In this document: piece after piece, positions 20,930-30,541 of the stretch
How positions within the stretch are numbered: the first letter of the stretch is position 1
Layout of the letters: every line of letters begins with the position of its first letter
Origin: a bacterium
Lineage (GTDB): Bacteria > Synergistota > GBS-1
DNA: 64,000 bases
NCBI GenBank assembly: GCA_030153785.1
Contig: JASKLF010000004.1
Coordinates: 17,551-81,550, forward strand
Direction of reading: 5' to 3'
Notes under the pieces: model-generated
What the model saw: the letters and a program-made list of their open reading frames with translations, nothing else
Databases searched by the model: none
Told to the model about the DNA's origin: nothing
Program-made: the position numbers and the translations under genes

Positions 20930-21971
20930 GGAAGAATATGAAAGCCTATCTAAGAAATTATCGGATCCTGCAATAGTTCAAGATCCCAAAGAATTTCAAA
21001 GAGTAGCTAAAACGCATGCAGAGCTTGAGGATATTGTGATTAAGTATAGAAAATATAAGAAACTGTCTAAGGAGTTAGAGGAGGCCAAACTTATAGCGGA
21101 GGAAGATGAAGAATTAAGAGAGGTTGCTAAAGAGGAAGCCAAGCTTATAGAAGAGGAACTCGTCAGGTTAGAGGAAGAACTTAAGACGGCTCTTATTCCT
21201 AAGGATCCTATGGATGATAGGAATATCATAATGGAAATAAGGGCGGGAGCTGGCGGTGAAGAGGCGGCTCTATTTGCTGCTGATCTTTTCAGAATGTATG
21301 CACGTTATGCAGAGCGTAAAGGCTGGGATGTTGAAGTTCTTGATAGAAATGAAACTGGGATCGGTGGTTATAAGGAAATAGTTTTTAGAATAATTGGCAA
21401 AGGAGCCTATAGTAGGTTAAAGTTTGAAAGCGGTGTTCATAGGGTTCAAAGAATTCCTGTAACCGAGTCGAGCGGAAGGATTCATACTTCTACAGCAACG
21501 GTAGCGGTACTTCCAGAGGTAGAAGATGTAGAGGTGGAAATAAAAGAGGAAGATCTTAAGATAGAGACTTTTAGAGCAAGTGGTAAAGGCGGTCAATATG
21601 TTAACAAAACGGATACTGCGGTTAGAATAACTCATATTCCAACAGGTATAGTGGTGTCCTGCCAAGATGAAAGATCTCAATATAAGAACAAACAGCGAGC
21701 CCTGAGTATCTTGAGGGCTAAGCTTTATGAGATCGAGAGAGAAAAACAAGAGAGTGAAATAGCCTCTTTGAGAAAAAGTCAAGTGGGAAGTGGCGAAAGA
21801 AGCGAAAAAATCCGCACTTACAATTTTCCACAAAATAGGGTAACTGATCATAGGATAGGCTTAACACTTTATAATCTTGAGGAAGTTCTTGACGGAGATC
21901 TTGATGATATAATAGAGGCCCTTATTGTTGCAGACAGAGCAGAAAAACTTGCGAAGTTAGTTGCCGCATGA
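20904..21971 (+). CDS. prfA: Peptide chain release factor 1
   Basis: PVT specificity motif, [15 protein letters not shown]. Confidence 0.98.
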   Translation: MWERLKKIEEEYESLSKKLSDPAIVQDPKEFQRVAKTHAELEDIVIKYRKYKKLSKELEEAKLIAEEDEELREVAKEEAKLIEEELVRLEEELKTALIPKDPMDDRNIIMEIRAGAGGEEAALFAADLFRMYARYAERKGWDVEVLDRNETGIGGYKEIVFRIIGKGAYSRLKFESGVHRVQRIPVTESSGRIHTSTATVAVLPEVEDVEVEIKEEDLKIETFRASGKGGQYVNKTDTAVRITHIPTGIVVSCQDERSQYKNKQRALSILRAKLYEIEREKQESEIASLRKSQVGSGERSEKIRTYNFPQNRVTDHRIGLTLYNLEEVLDGDLDDIIEALIVADRAEKLAKLVAA

Positions 21972-22792
21972 AAATCATAGAAGCTAAGCGTTGGGCAAAA
22001 GAAGCGTTTGAAAGAGCAGGAGTACCTTTCCCGGAAAGGGAAAGTGAGATACTCTTGTCCTCCTTTTTGAAAAAAGGTATTGCTGAGTTAATTTTACATC
22101 CAGATGAGGAAATTCCTGATGAACGGGAATTTAGGTATTGGGTTGCTCGAAGATGTTGTAGAGAGCCATTGCAGTATATAATTGGGAAGACGCAGTTTTT
22201 AAACTTTACCTTCAAAGTGAAAAGAGGGGTGTTTATTCCTCGCCCAGAGACGGAAATATTGGTTGAGGAAACCCTAAAATGGATAGAAAAAGGGTTAGTT
22301 CTTGATTTGGGAACAGGATGCGGAAACATAGTTATCTCAATTCTTGCTCTTAAAAAAGATTTAAAAGGAATTGGAATAGATGTTTCTGATTTGGCTTTAG
22401 AGGTGGCAGTGGAAAATGCCAAAGTTTTAGGTGTTAGCGATAGAGTAATGTTTCTGAAAAGTGATTGGGGACAGGGCTTAGAAGGCTGGTTTGAGTTTGA
22501 CCTTGTAGTTTCTAATCCTCCTTATATCCCTTCCTCTGAAATATGGCATTTGGACCCGGAGATATTGTTATACGAACCTGTTGAGGCTTTGAATGGAGGA
22601 AAGGATGGCCTTTCCTTCTATGAGAGAACTATTGATCTTGCTAAGCTCTTATTGAAGAAGGGAGGAATCCTAGCTCTTGAGTTGGGCAAAGAGAGCTATA
22701 TTGATATCTTAGATTTAAGAGGTTTTTCTATTCTCTCTATCAGATCCGATTATATTGGTCAGAGAAGGGTCCTTATTTTGAAGAAAGATTGA
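21968..22792 (+). CDS. prmC: Release factor glutamine methyltransferase
   Basis: EPLQYI, IPRPETE, DLGTGCG, SNPPY; follows prfA. Confidence 0.95.
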   Translation: MKIIEAKRWAKEAFERAGVPFPERESEILLSSFLKKGIAELILHPDEEIPDEREFRYWVARRCCREPLQYIIGKTQFLNFTFKVKRGVFIPRPETEILVEETLKWIEKGLVLDLGTGCGNIVISILALKKDLKGIGIDVSDLALEVAVENAKVLGVSDRVMFLKSDWGQGLEGWFEFDLVVSNPPYIPSSEIWHLDPEILLYEPVEALNGGKDGLSFYERTIDLAKLLLKKGGILALELGKESYIDILDLRGFSILSIRSDYIGQRRVLILKKD

Positions 22793-22801
22793 GTTAAAGG
22801 G

Positions 22802-24247
22802 GTGATTTTTATGGAGTCGACAATAAAATTTGGCACAGATGGTTGGAGAGGCATAATAGCTTTAGATTTTACCTTCGAAAATGTGAGGAGAGTTGCTAAA
22901 GCGGTAGCTGCTTATCTTTATTCTGAAGAGAGAAGCAAGCTCAGGATGTATTCTTTTGGAGTTCCCTTTAGAAAGCCGGAAGATGGTGTTGTAGTTGGAT
23001 ATGATAGAAGGTTTTTGTCGGATGAGTTTGCTTTAGCCTTTTCTGAGGAGCTTGTAAAATACGGAATTCCCGTTTTTCTTTCAAAGGATCCTGTTCCAAC
23101 ACCTGCAGTTTCTTACGGGGTTTTGTATAACAAAGCAGCTTTAGGTGTTATGGTTACTGCGAGTCATAATCCTCCCAAATATAATGGTATAAAGTTGAAA
23201 CCCGAGTATGGAGGCCCTGCTCTTCCTGAGGTGACCTCTCTTGTTGAAAGTTTGCTTGATTTTAAAATGCCTTTATCCTCTAACCCAGCTTCCATAGATT
23301 TTGTTGACTTGAAGGGAAACTATATTGAAGCCTTGAAAAATAAAGTGTCAATGATAAATATAAAGAGTTTGCCGTTCAAGGTAGTTTTGGATGTGATGTA
23401 TGGTCCCGGTGAAGGGTTACTTTCGAATATATTGGATTCCGTTGGAGTAAAAGTTGAAGAAATTCATGCAGAAGCTAATCCGTATTTTGGTGGTTTGCAT
23501 CCGGAACCTATACCTCCTAACATTGATTTTCTGTCCAATTTCGTGACAGAGAAGGGATTCGACATTGGAATAGCTTTGGATGGAGACGCTGACAGGATAG
23601 GATTGGTTGATGAAAAAGGAAATTTTGTTAATCCTCATCAAGTTTTTGCTCTTATAATGAAACATCTTATAGAGGATAGAGGGAAAAGGGGAAAGATAGT
23701 TTGGACATGTTCCTTAGGAAGGGAACCCGAAAAATTAGCTAAGAAATATGGTATAGAGTATTATATAACTCCTGTTGGTTTCAAGTATGTATGTGAGTAT
23801 ATTTTGGAGGGTGGTGTGCTGTTGGGAGGAGAAGAAAGTGGGGGATATGGCTTTGTGGAACATATCCCGGAGAGAGATGGTTCAATGTCAGCACTTTTAG
23901 TTTTGGAGATGATGTCTTGTAGAAAGAAATCCGTTGGTGAGCTTCTCAAGGAACTTTATGAAGATTTTGGTCCTTATTATTATAAAAGATTAGATCTCAA
24001 ACTCGAGAGGAAAATGTCTTCAGCAGAATTAAAAGGGTTAGGTGATAAACTGGTTGTATTACTCGAGGAGAATCCTGTTAAGGTTGAAGATATAGATGGA
24101 TTAAAATTCCATTTCTCCGACGAAAGTTGGCTTTTAATAAGACCTTCAGGAACGGAGCCACTTTTAAGGCTTTACGCCCAGGCTCCTTCTTTGGAAAGAC
24201 TTGATTTTCTTCTTACCAAATCCAGGGAAGCCGTCGAAAATGTATAG
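22802..24247 (+). CDS. Phosphoglucomutase/phosphomannomutase family protein
   Basis: FGTDGWRG, TASHNP, DGDADR, GGEESGG, RPSGTEP. Confidence 0.93.
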   Translation: MIFMESTIKFGTDGWRGIIALDFTFENVRRVAKAVAAYLYSEERSKLRMYSFGVPFRKPEDGVVVGYDRRFLSDEFALAFSEELVKYGIPVFLSKDPVPTPAVSYGVLYNKAALGVMVTASHNPPKYNGIKLKPEYGGPALPEVTSLVESLLDFKMPLSSNPASIDFVDLKGNYIEALKNKVSMINIKSLPFKVVLDVMYGPGEGLLSNILDSVGVKVEEIHAEANPYFGGLHPEPIPPNIDFLSNFVTEKGFDIGIALDGDADRIGLVDEKGNFVNPHQVFALIMKHLIEDRGKRGKIVWTCSLGREPEKLAKKYGIEYYITPVGFKYVCEYILEGGVLLGGEESGGYGFVEHIPERDGSMSALLVLEMMSCRKKSVGELLKELYEDFGPYYYKRLDLKLERKMSSAELKGLGDKLVVLLEENPVKVEDIDGLKFHFSDESWLLIRPSGTEPLLRLYAQAPSLERLDFLLTKSREAVENV

Positions 24248-25607
24248 TTTCCTTTTGGGAATAGTCGGTGGCGTTATAACCTTATTTTCGTTTCCTCCCT
24301 TTGGGTTAGATTATCTTATATGGTTTTTCCCGATTCCTATTTTTCATGCTTATTTTAGTGAAAGGTCTGTTTTTTTAACCCTCTTGGGATGGGGGATAAC
24401 CTTTTATACCTTTAGCTTTTTGGGGTTGCCTTTTGGGATTTTTTCTCTTCTTTTGGTTAGTTCTCTCGCTCAGCTTCTTGTTTTTACTTTGATTATTGTT
24501 AAGCTTTCGAGGGCAAAATTCGCTACCTCTTTTTACATTCTTTTTCCGTCGATTTGGGTTTTTTTTGAGTTCCTTCAGAGTAAAGGGTTTTTGGGGTTAC
24601 CATTCTATTTTCTTAAGCATCTTTCCGCTCCGTGGCTTTCTTTAGGGGTTTCTTTGTATTCCCATCCTTTAGCTCGTTTTGCTGCTTTTTTGGGAGTATG
24701 GGGTCTTTCTCTCCTTATATTGGTAATAGGTGGTATCCTTCACAAATTGTTGGCTTCTAAGAAGATAGTGCTTTTTAGCATTACCGTTTCTATCCTTGTT
24801 TCTCTCAGCTTTTTACCAAAACCAGCATATCAAGAGGAAGGAAATATAAAGATAGGGTTGGTTCAACCTTGCATTAGTGAGGAACAGGCTCATCTTCTTA
24901 CTGCAGCATTGTCTAGGAGCATTAGGTTATCTACTCTCTTGTTTTTTCAGCAAAGTTTAGATTTGGTAGTCTGGCCTCTTTCTTATTTTTCCTTTGCTGT
25001 TCCTGAAGACTCTCTCGCGAAGTATATATCCCATTTTGCTAAGGAATATCATTGTTATATAATTGTAGGGTTTGATGGAGAAAGGCTCCAAGTTTATTCT
25101 TTGGATGGGAAATTAAAGAAGGCAATAGAAGGTTATTCGGATTTGCCAGACTGGAAGAAATTATTTGCTATTCATGAGGAAAATATGAGGTCAGGAAATA
25201 GAGTTGTAGAAACGGAAAGATTTAAGTTCGCCGTTATTAGAGGTCTGGAGTTGGGTTACCCGTCTCTTTTACTTGATTTCACAAATGAAGGGGTGGACTT
25301 TGTTATAGGCGTAGGTGATGAGTTTTTCCTTGATTTACTTAAGGCTAATACTGTAATAAGGTCTATCGAGACAGGATTATATGTAGCTTTATCCACTAAT
25401 ATGGGTCCTTCCTTATTAGTGTCTCCAAACGGTGGGATTAAAGAAATCCCACCGTTTTTGCAATCCACACTTTTTGGAAAAATGTCTAGGTCCCAGGTTC
25501 AAACTTTCTTTTCCAAAATAAAGGGTTACTGGGTATTCTTGATCATATTGCTACTTTTTGTAGATTATGTTTTCAAGTTCCGCTATTCTCGCTCTAATTT
25601 CTTTTAG
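24240..25607 (+). CDS. Apolipoprotein N-acyltransferase (Lnt)-like protein with a degenerate catalytic triad
   Basis: SFPPFG TM domain, W...EFL.S.GF.G.P, IGLVQP, DLVVWP, RSIETG and TNMGPS are recognisable; catalytic Glu and Cys are missing. Confidence 0.7.
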   Translation: MYSFLLGIVGGVITLFSFPPFGLDYLIWFFPIPIFHAYFSERSVFLTLLGWGITFYTFSFLGLPFGIFSLLLVSSLAQLLVFTLIIVKLSRAKFATSFYILFPSIWVFFEFLQSKGFLGLPFYFLKHLSAPWLSLGVSLYSHPLARFAAFLGVWGLSLLILVIGGILHKLLASKKIVLFSITVSILVSLSFLPKPAYQEEGNIKIGLVQPCISEEQAHLLTAALSRSIRLSTLLFFQQSLDLVVWPLSYFSFAVPEDSLAKYISHFAKEYHCYIIVGFDGERLQVYSLDGKLKKAIEGYSDLPDWKKLFAIHEENMRSGNRVVETERFKFAVIRGLELGYPSLLLDFTNEGVDFVIGVGDEFFLDLLKANTVIRSIETGLYVALSTNMGPSLLVSPNGGIKEIPPFLQSTLFGKMSRSQVQTFFSKIKGYWVFLIILLLFVDYVFKFRYSRSNFF

Positions 25608-26339
25608 TTCCTTTTCTATGTCTTGTATCTGTTTCAATAGATCTTTTTTCTTTTCTTCAAGTAATTCTACTCTTCTGTATAGTCTCTCAAGTTCAATTTT
25701 GGCTTCACCGCTTGTGTATTCTTCAAGAGATACTTTTTCATAGGGATTGCTCCAACGGAAGATGAAATCGAACCCCTTTTCATCTGTCAGAGGACTTATT
25801 TCTTTAGAAATAATCAAGACCATGTTTTTTGTATTTGGAGTTATTAATTCCTTTTCTGTTTCTGGGTCTCTCCTCGGAAAGAAAACCATACCGTCTCTTG
25901 ATCCTATTAATTTAAAGTTAAATACCCTATCGTAGTCTATGGGGGAGTAACTTTTATTATCAATCATGAGTTTTACTTTTTTGTCAAAAGGCCCCATATG
26001 CATAGCTGGTCCATAATTCGTTATTTCTACTTTAAAAGGTAGACAGTCTGCAAATCTTAGATTTTCAAGAAGTTTGTATTTGAAATTTTCTTCCTCTTCC
26101 TTTGTCCATAGATTTTTTTCCGCTTCATAAGCCACTATTGCTCTTATAAGTTCCATGGAGTAGTAAGTTACTTTCACTGTTACTCTGGAAGATGGATCCG
26201 TAACTGTTCTTTCCCAGCGTTCTAAGGCCTTTTCATATTGAACAGTAGCTGGGCTTTCTTGTTTTGCCATAGATGGGGTATTACCCATAATTATGTTAGT
26301 AAGTAACATCATCAATGTTAAGTAAATGAGTTTTTTCAT
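25551..26339 (-). CDS. Exported hypothetical protein with C-terminal coiled coil; paralog of the N-terminal domain of 14715-15917
   Basis: Signal peptide; SD GGGAGGG; C-terminal heptads; motifs shared with 14715-15917. Confidence 0.75.
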   Translation of the reverse strand: MKKLIYLTLMMLLTNIIMGNTPSMAKQESPATVQYEKALERWERTVTDPSSRVTVKVTYYSMELIRAIVAYEAEKNLWTKEEEENFKYKLLENLRFADCLPFKVEITNYGPAMHMGPFDKKVKLMIDNKSYSPIDYDRVFNFKLIGSRDGMVFFPRRDPETEKELITPNTKNMVLIISKEISPLTDEKGFDFIFRWSNPYEKVSLEEYTSGEAKIELERLYRRVELLEEKKKDLLKQIQDIEKELKEIRARIAELENIIYKK

Positions 26340-26378
26340 TTCTTTTATCCCTCCCTACCTGTTACAGGTTCAATTGCA

Positions 26379-26387
26379 ATTATACCA
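26379..26387 (-). promoter_or_regulatory. Extended -10 promoter (TGnTATAAT) for the 25551-26339 gene
   Basis: Plus-strand attatacca reads TGGTATAAT on the minus strand, about 40 nt upstream of the start. Confidence 0.6.
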
Positions 26388-26465
26388 TGAAAAAACATCT
26401 TTAGTATATCGCAAGTTTTTGATTTAAATTGCTTGACATGTAATTGTTAAAGAGTCACCAAAGTC

Positions 26466-26494
26466 TTGACTTTGTGTTTTTAAGCGGGTAGAAT
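26466..26494 (+). promoter_or_regulatory. Sigma70-type promoter of the liv operon
   Basis: TTGACT (26466-71), 17 nt, TAGAAT (26489-94). Confidence 0.65.
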
Positions 26495-26530
26495 TTTTTC
26501 GAGTACTTTAATGAAAGGAGGGATTTTTTT

Positions 26531-27649
26531 ATGAAGCGTTTGTGGTTGTTGGTGGTAATAGGTTTGGTTTTTTCTTCGTTTTCCGTGGCATGGGCTGAGG
26601 ATAAGATTCGCATTGGTGTAGTCATGCCTATGACTGGCCCTGTCGCTGCTTATGGTCAGATGGAATGGGCTGGTATTCAAGTAGCTAAAGAGCTTGTCCC
26701 TACAGTATTGGGGAAAGAGATTGAACTTGTCTTGGTCGATAGTAAGGGCGATAAGGTTGAAGGAGCTAACGCTGTTGAGAGGCTTATTAAGCTTGAAAAA
26801 GTTTGTTCTATTATTGGCGAAGTTACCAGTTCGGTTACTATGTCTGGTGGGGCTGTTGCTGAACAATATAAGGTGCCTATGATATCCCCGACTGCTACTA
26901 ATCCCTTGGTAACCCAGGATAAGAAGTACTTGTTCCGTGTATGCTTTATCGATCCCTTCCAAGGTAAAATTGCGGCAAAGTATGCCTATGATGTTCTTAA
27001 GGTGCGCAAGGTTGCCATAGTTATTGATGTTCAACAAGATTACTGTGTAGGTTTGGCTAATTTCTTTGAGGAGAATTTCAAGAAGCTTGGTGGAGAAGTT
27101 GTAGCGAAAGTCCAGTATAGAACAGGGGATCAGGACTTTACGGCTCAGGTTACCGCTGTTAAAGCAAAGAATCCCGACATGATTTACATTCCTGGCTATT
27201 ACAATGAAATAGCACTTTTTACGAAGCAAGCTCGTGAACTCGGTGTTAAATCTATAGTCTTTTCGGCTGACGGTTCTTATGCTCCTGAGTTAATTCAGAT
27301 AGGAGGTAAAGCCGTTGAAGGAATTTACTTTACTAACTTTTATGATCAAAGCGCCGTTACAACCGACATAGGTAAGAAGTTTGTAGAGGCCTATCGTAAA
27401 AAGTATGGTAAAGATACAGATTCTTTTGCTGCTTTAGCTGCTGAGGCATATCTTGTTTTAGTTCATGCTATCGAAAAAGCTGGGGAGCCCGACCCTGAAA
27501 AAATAAGAGATGCATTGGAGGGGATAAAGAGCTTTACGGGATTCATGGGTGAATTCGGTTTTGACGAAAACCACAATGCAATAAGGCCTGTGGTCATACA
27601 AACTGTCAAAGATGGCAAGTTTGCGTATGTAGATATAGTCAAACCGTAG
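26531..27649 (+). CDS. livK: Branched-chain amino acid ABC transporter substrate-binding protein
   Basis: Signal peptide, IRIGVVMPMTG, ATNPLVT, FRVCFIDPFQG, DQDFTAQ. Confidence 0.9.
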   Translation: MKRLWLLVVIGLVFSSFSVAWAEDKIRIGVVMPMTGPVAAYGQMEWAGIQVAKELVPTVLGKEIELVLVDSKGDKVEGANAVERLIKLEKVCSIIGEVTSSVTMSGGAVAEQYKVPMISPTATNPLVTQDKKYLFRVCFIDPFQGKIAAKYAYDVLKVRKVAIVIDVQQDYCVGLANFFEENFKKLGGEVVAKVQYRTGDQDFTAQVTAVKAKNPDMIYIPGYYNEIALFTKQARELGVKSIVFSADGSYAPELIQIGGKAVEGIYFTNFYDQSAVTTDIGKKFVEAYRKKYGKDTDSFAALAAEAYLVLVHAIEKAGEPDPEKIRDALEGIKSFTGFMGEFGFDENHNAIRPVVIQTVKDGKFAYVDIVKP

Positions 27650-27696
27650 GATGCTGATATTTGTATAGGGGATTATAATTTATAACTGTTCTTAAA

Positions 27697-27741
27697 ACCG
27701 GTGGCTTTCCGAAGAAGAAGGCCCCCGGTCCTGTTTTGTTT
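27697..27741 (+). terminator. Intercistronic stem-loop (partial terminator or mRNA stabiliser) after livK
   Basis: ACCGGtGGCTTTC-cgaagaa-GAAGGCCcCCGGT followed by a T-rich run (cctgttttgttt). Confidence 0.55.
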
Positions 27742-27790
27742 GGCTATTCTTTTGTATGATAAACTATCAGAAAGGAGGATGCTTGGAAGA

Positions 27791-28684
27791 GTGGGCATAG
27801 TTGATTTGTTTCAGCAATTGGCTAATGGATTGTCTTTAGGAAGTTTATATGCTCTTATAGCGATCGGTTATACCATGGTTTATGGAATAATACGGTTGAT
27901 TAACTTTGCGCATGGAGATGTTATGATGGTTGGTTGTTATTTGGCTTACTTTGGAGTGCTTATGTTTCGTTTGCCGTGGCAGATATCCTGGATTTTAGCA
28001 GTATTATTAACCAGTTTGTTGGGAGTTTCTATTTACATAGGGGCATATAAACCTTTAAGAAGGGCGCCAAGAATCTCCGCTTTGATAACCGCCATAGGGG
28101 TTTCCTTTTTTCTTGAAAGCCTCGGCCTTGTTATATTCGGGGGGAGGCCAAAGGCTTTTCCTCGTCCACCAGCTTTTGATATAGGTTTAAACATAGGGGG
28201 AGTTTATTTGGTCTCTTTCACCTTGTGGATACCCCTTATAACAGCGATTCTTCTTGTGGGATTGGTTTATCTAATTTATAAGACTAAAATCGGCATGGCA
28301 ATGCGATCGGTAGCTACTGATATAGAGACTACAAGCCTTATGGGAGTTGATGTAGATAAAGTCATTTCCTTTACTTTTGCGATTGGGTCTGCCCTTGCTG
28401 CGGCAGGTGGCATAATGTGGGCTATAAAATTTCCACAGATTAATCCTTATATGGGGATAATGCCAGGGTTAAAAGCTTTTATAGCAGCAGTTTTTGGAGG
28501 AATAGGAAACATCTTTGGAGCGATGTTAGGCGGTTTTCTCCTTGGCATGATCGAGATTTTAGTTGTTGCTTTTATGCCAAGCATCGCAGGATATAGAGAT
28601 GCGATAGCCTTTGGTATACTAATAGTTGTTTTGCTTTTTAAACCTACAGGACTTTTGGGTGAACCTTTGAAAGAAAAGGTGTGA
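27791..28684 (+). CDS. livH: BCAA ABC transporter permease LivH (start approximate)
   Basis: QQLANGLSLGSLYALIAIGYTMVYG..INFAHG, KAFIAAVFGGIG. Confidence 0.93.
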   Translation: MGIVDLFQQLANGLSLGSLYALIAIGYTMVYGIIRLINFAHGDVMMVGCYLAYFGVLMFRLPWQISWILAVLLTSLLGVSIYIGAYKPLRRAPRISALITAIGVSFFLESLGLVIFGGRPKAFPRPPAFDIGLNIGGVYLVSFTLWIPLITAILLVGLVYLIYKTKIGMAMRSVATDIETTSLMGVDVDKVISFTFAIGSALAAAGGIMWAIKFPQINPYMGIMPGLKAFIAAVFGGIGNIFGAMLGGFLLGMIEILVVAFMPSIAGYRDAIAFGILIVVLLFKPTGLLGEPLKEKV

Positions 28685-28685
28685 T

Positions 28686-29786
28686 GTGAAAATGGTAGCG
28701 CTTGATAAGGAAGTTTTAATCAGAAAGAGAAGGAAAACGCGGTTCCTCTTAAATGTTCTTTTAGTAATTGGCATCTTTCTTTTTCTATCAAGAGCTGACC
28801 ACTTATTAGATCCTTACACCATAAGAATTCTTAATGTATCGGCTGTATACATGGTTTTAGCCATGGCCTACAATCTTGTTAACGGTACTCTGGGGCAATT
28901 TATGCTTGGGCCGAATGCTTTTATCGCTTTAGGAGCATACACGGTTGCTCTTCTTACCATGCCTGTGGATAAGAAGGCGATGTCCTACATAATAGAACCC
29001 TTAATATGGCCGTTTAATTCAATTTGCTTGCCTCTTTTTCCTTCGCTTCTAATCGCGGGTATTATTGGAGCTGGTGCAGCTTACTTGGTTGGGATGCCTT
29101 CTTTCAAGTTAAGGGGAGATTATCTCGCCATAGTTACCTTGGGGTTCGGAGAAATGGTTGTTGTTTTAGCTAACAATTTGGTTCCGATTACTAATGGTGC
29201 TTTGGGGTTAAAGGATATTCCAAGATACGTTAATTTATATTGGACTTGGGGATGGGCCTTGCTTACCTATTTCTTTATGAGGCTTCTTAGGACTTCTTCT
29301 TATGGGAGAGCTTTTGAAGCTATAAGAGAGGACGAGATAGCCGCTGAGGGGATTGGAATAGATGTTAGACGGCATAAACTCCTTGCTTTAACGATTGCAG
29401 GATTTTTCTTGGGTGTGGGTGGAGGACTTCTAGCATCTCTCTTAGGTACAATAGATCCGAAGCTCTTTTCATTTTTCTTTACTTTTAATTTGCTCATAAT
29501 TATTGTCTTTGGAGGTCTGGGTAGCTTTACAGGAGCTGCAATCGCTTCTTTGGTATTTGTGGTTCTATCTGAACTTCTAAGGGCTGTGGAAAACCCAATA
29601 AATATAGGTCCCATTCATATTCCTGGTATTCCTGGAATGAGAATGGTCGTTTTTTCATTACTGCTTATATTTGTTATGCTTTATTGGCAGAGGGGATTAT
29701 TTGGTAGGAAGGAGCTTTCTTGGGACTTTTTGCTTAATCGTCTCTTTCCACTTGAGGGGGTGGAAAAGGATGAAGGTTCTTCTTAA
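28686..29786 (+). CDS. livM: BCAA ABC transporter permease LivM
   Basis: LRGDYLAIVTLGFGE, GRAFEAIREDEIAA, FGGLGS. Confidence 0.93.
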   Translation: MKMVALDKEVLIRKRRKTRFLLNVLLVIGIFLFLSRADHLLDPYTIRILNVSAVYMVLAMAYNLVNGTLGQFMLGPNAFIALGAYTVALLTMPVDKKAMSYIIEPLIWPFNSICLPLFPSLLIAGIIGAGAAYLVGMPSFKLRGDYLAIVTLGFGEMVVVLANNLVPITNGALGLKDIPRYVNLYWTWGWALLTYFFMRLLRTSSYGRAFEAIREDEIAAEGIGIDVRRHKLLALTIAGFFLGVGGGLLASLLGTIDPKLFSFFFTFNLLIIIVFGGLGSFTGAAIASLVFVVLSELLRAVENPINIGPIHIPGIPGMRMVVFSLLLIFVMLYWQRGLFGRKELSWDFLLNRLFPLEGVEKDEGSS

Positions 29787-30540
29787 ACTGGATGGGGTTA
29801 CTATGGACTTTGGGGGCTTAAGAGCGGTAAGTGATTTCTCTATAGAGATTAAAGAAAAAGAACTTGTGGGGCTCATCGGACCTAATGGTGCCGGTAAAAC
29901 TACTGTATTTAATCTGATAACGGGTATTTATACGCCGGTATCTGGTAAAATATATTTTGATGGCGAGGATATAACGGGAAAACCTACCAATTTTATAGTG
30001 TCTAAGGGAATAGCAAGAACATTTCAGAATATAAGGCTTTTTAGAGAATTGACGGTTTTAGAGAATGTAATGGTTTCTTATCATTACCAAATGAAGTCTG
30101 GTTTATTTAGTTCCGTTTTAAGACTGCCACAGTATTTGGATGAGGAAAAGAGGTGGAGAGAGGAAGCTCGGGAGCTTCTTTCTAAGGTTGGTCTTGTAGG
30201 ATATGAGAATTTTATCGCTGGTGGTTTGCCTTATGGTCAGCAAAGGAGGCTAGAAATAGCGAGGGCTCTTGCTACTCATCCAAAGCTTCTTTTGCTTGAT
30301 GAGCCTGCTGCAGGAATGAACCCTAATGAAACTCAGGAATTAATGGATTTTATTAAAATGGTCAGAGACGAGTTCGGGGTTACTATTTTTCTCATAGAAC
30401 ACGATATGAAGGTCGTTATGGGAATATGTGAAAGGATAAGAGTTATGGACCACGGAGTGAGTATTGCTGAAGGACCGCCGGAAGTTATTCAGAGAGACCC
30501 TAAGGTTATAGAAGCGTATCTTGGGGAGGCTGAAGAGTAA
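29770..30540 (+). CDS. livG: BCAA ABC transporter ATP-binding protein LivG
   Basis: FGGLRAV, GPNGAGKTT, RTFQNIRLF, LPYGQQRRLE, LDEPAAGMN, AYLG. Confidence 0.95.
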   Translation: MKVLLKLDGVTMDFGGLRAVSDFSIEIKEKELVGLIGPNGAGKTTVFNLITGIYTPVSGKIYFDGEDITGKPTNFIVSKGIARTFQNIRLFRELTVLENVMVSYHYQMKSGLFSSVLRLPQYLDEEKRWREEARELLSKVGLVGYENFIAGGLPYGQQRRLEIARALATHPKLLLLDEPAAGMNPNETQELMDFIKMVRDEFGVTIFLIEHDMKVVMGICERIRVMDHGVSIAEGPPEVIQRDPKVIEAYLGEAEE

Positions 30541-30541
30541 G

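Noticed and set aside
25551..25607. Convergent 3' overlaps (lnt-like/hypothetical, 57 bp; gamma-CA/cheR at 45271-45286, 16 bp) as antisense regulation
   Set aside because: Short tail-to-tail overlaps are common in compact genomes, and nothing else supports regulation.
26433..26461. TTGACA as a second liv promoter
   Set aside because: No -10-like hexamer 16-18 nt downstream.
26480..27229. 249-aa minus-strand ORF
   Set aside because: Antisense shadow of livK with no recognisable motifs or SD.
27742..27760. GGCTATTCTTT before -10-like hexamers at both livH and cstA (32542-52)
   Set aside because: Spacing to the -10 differs by 2 nt and two instances in AT-rich DNA are not enough support.
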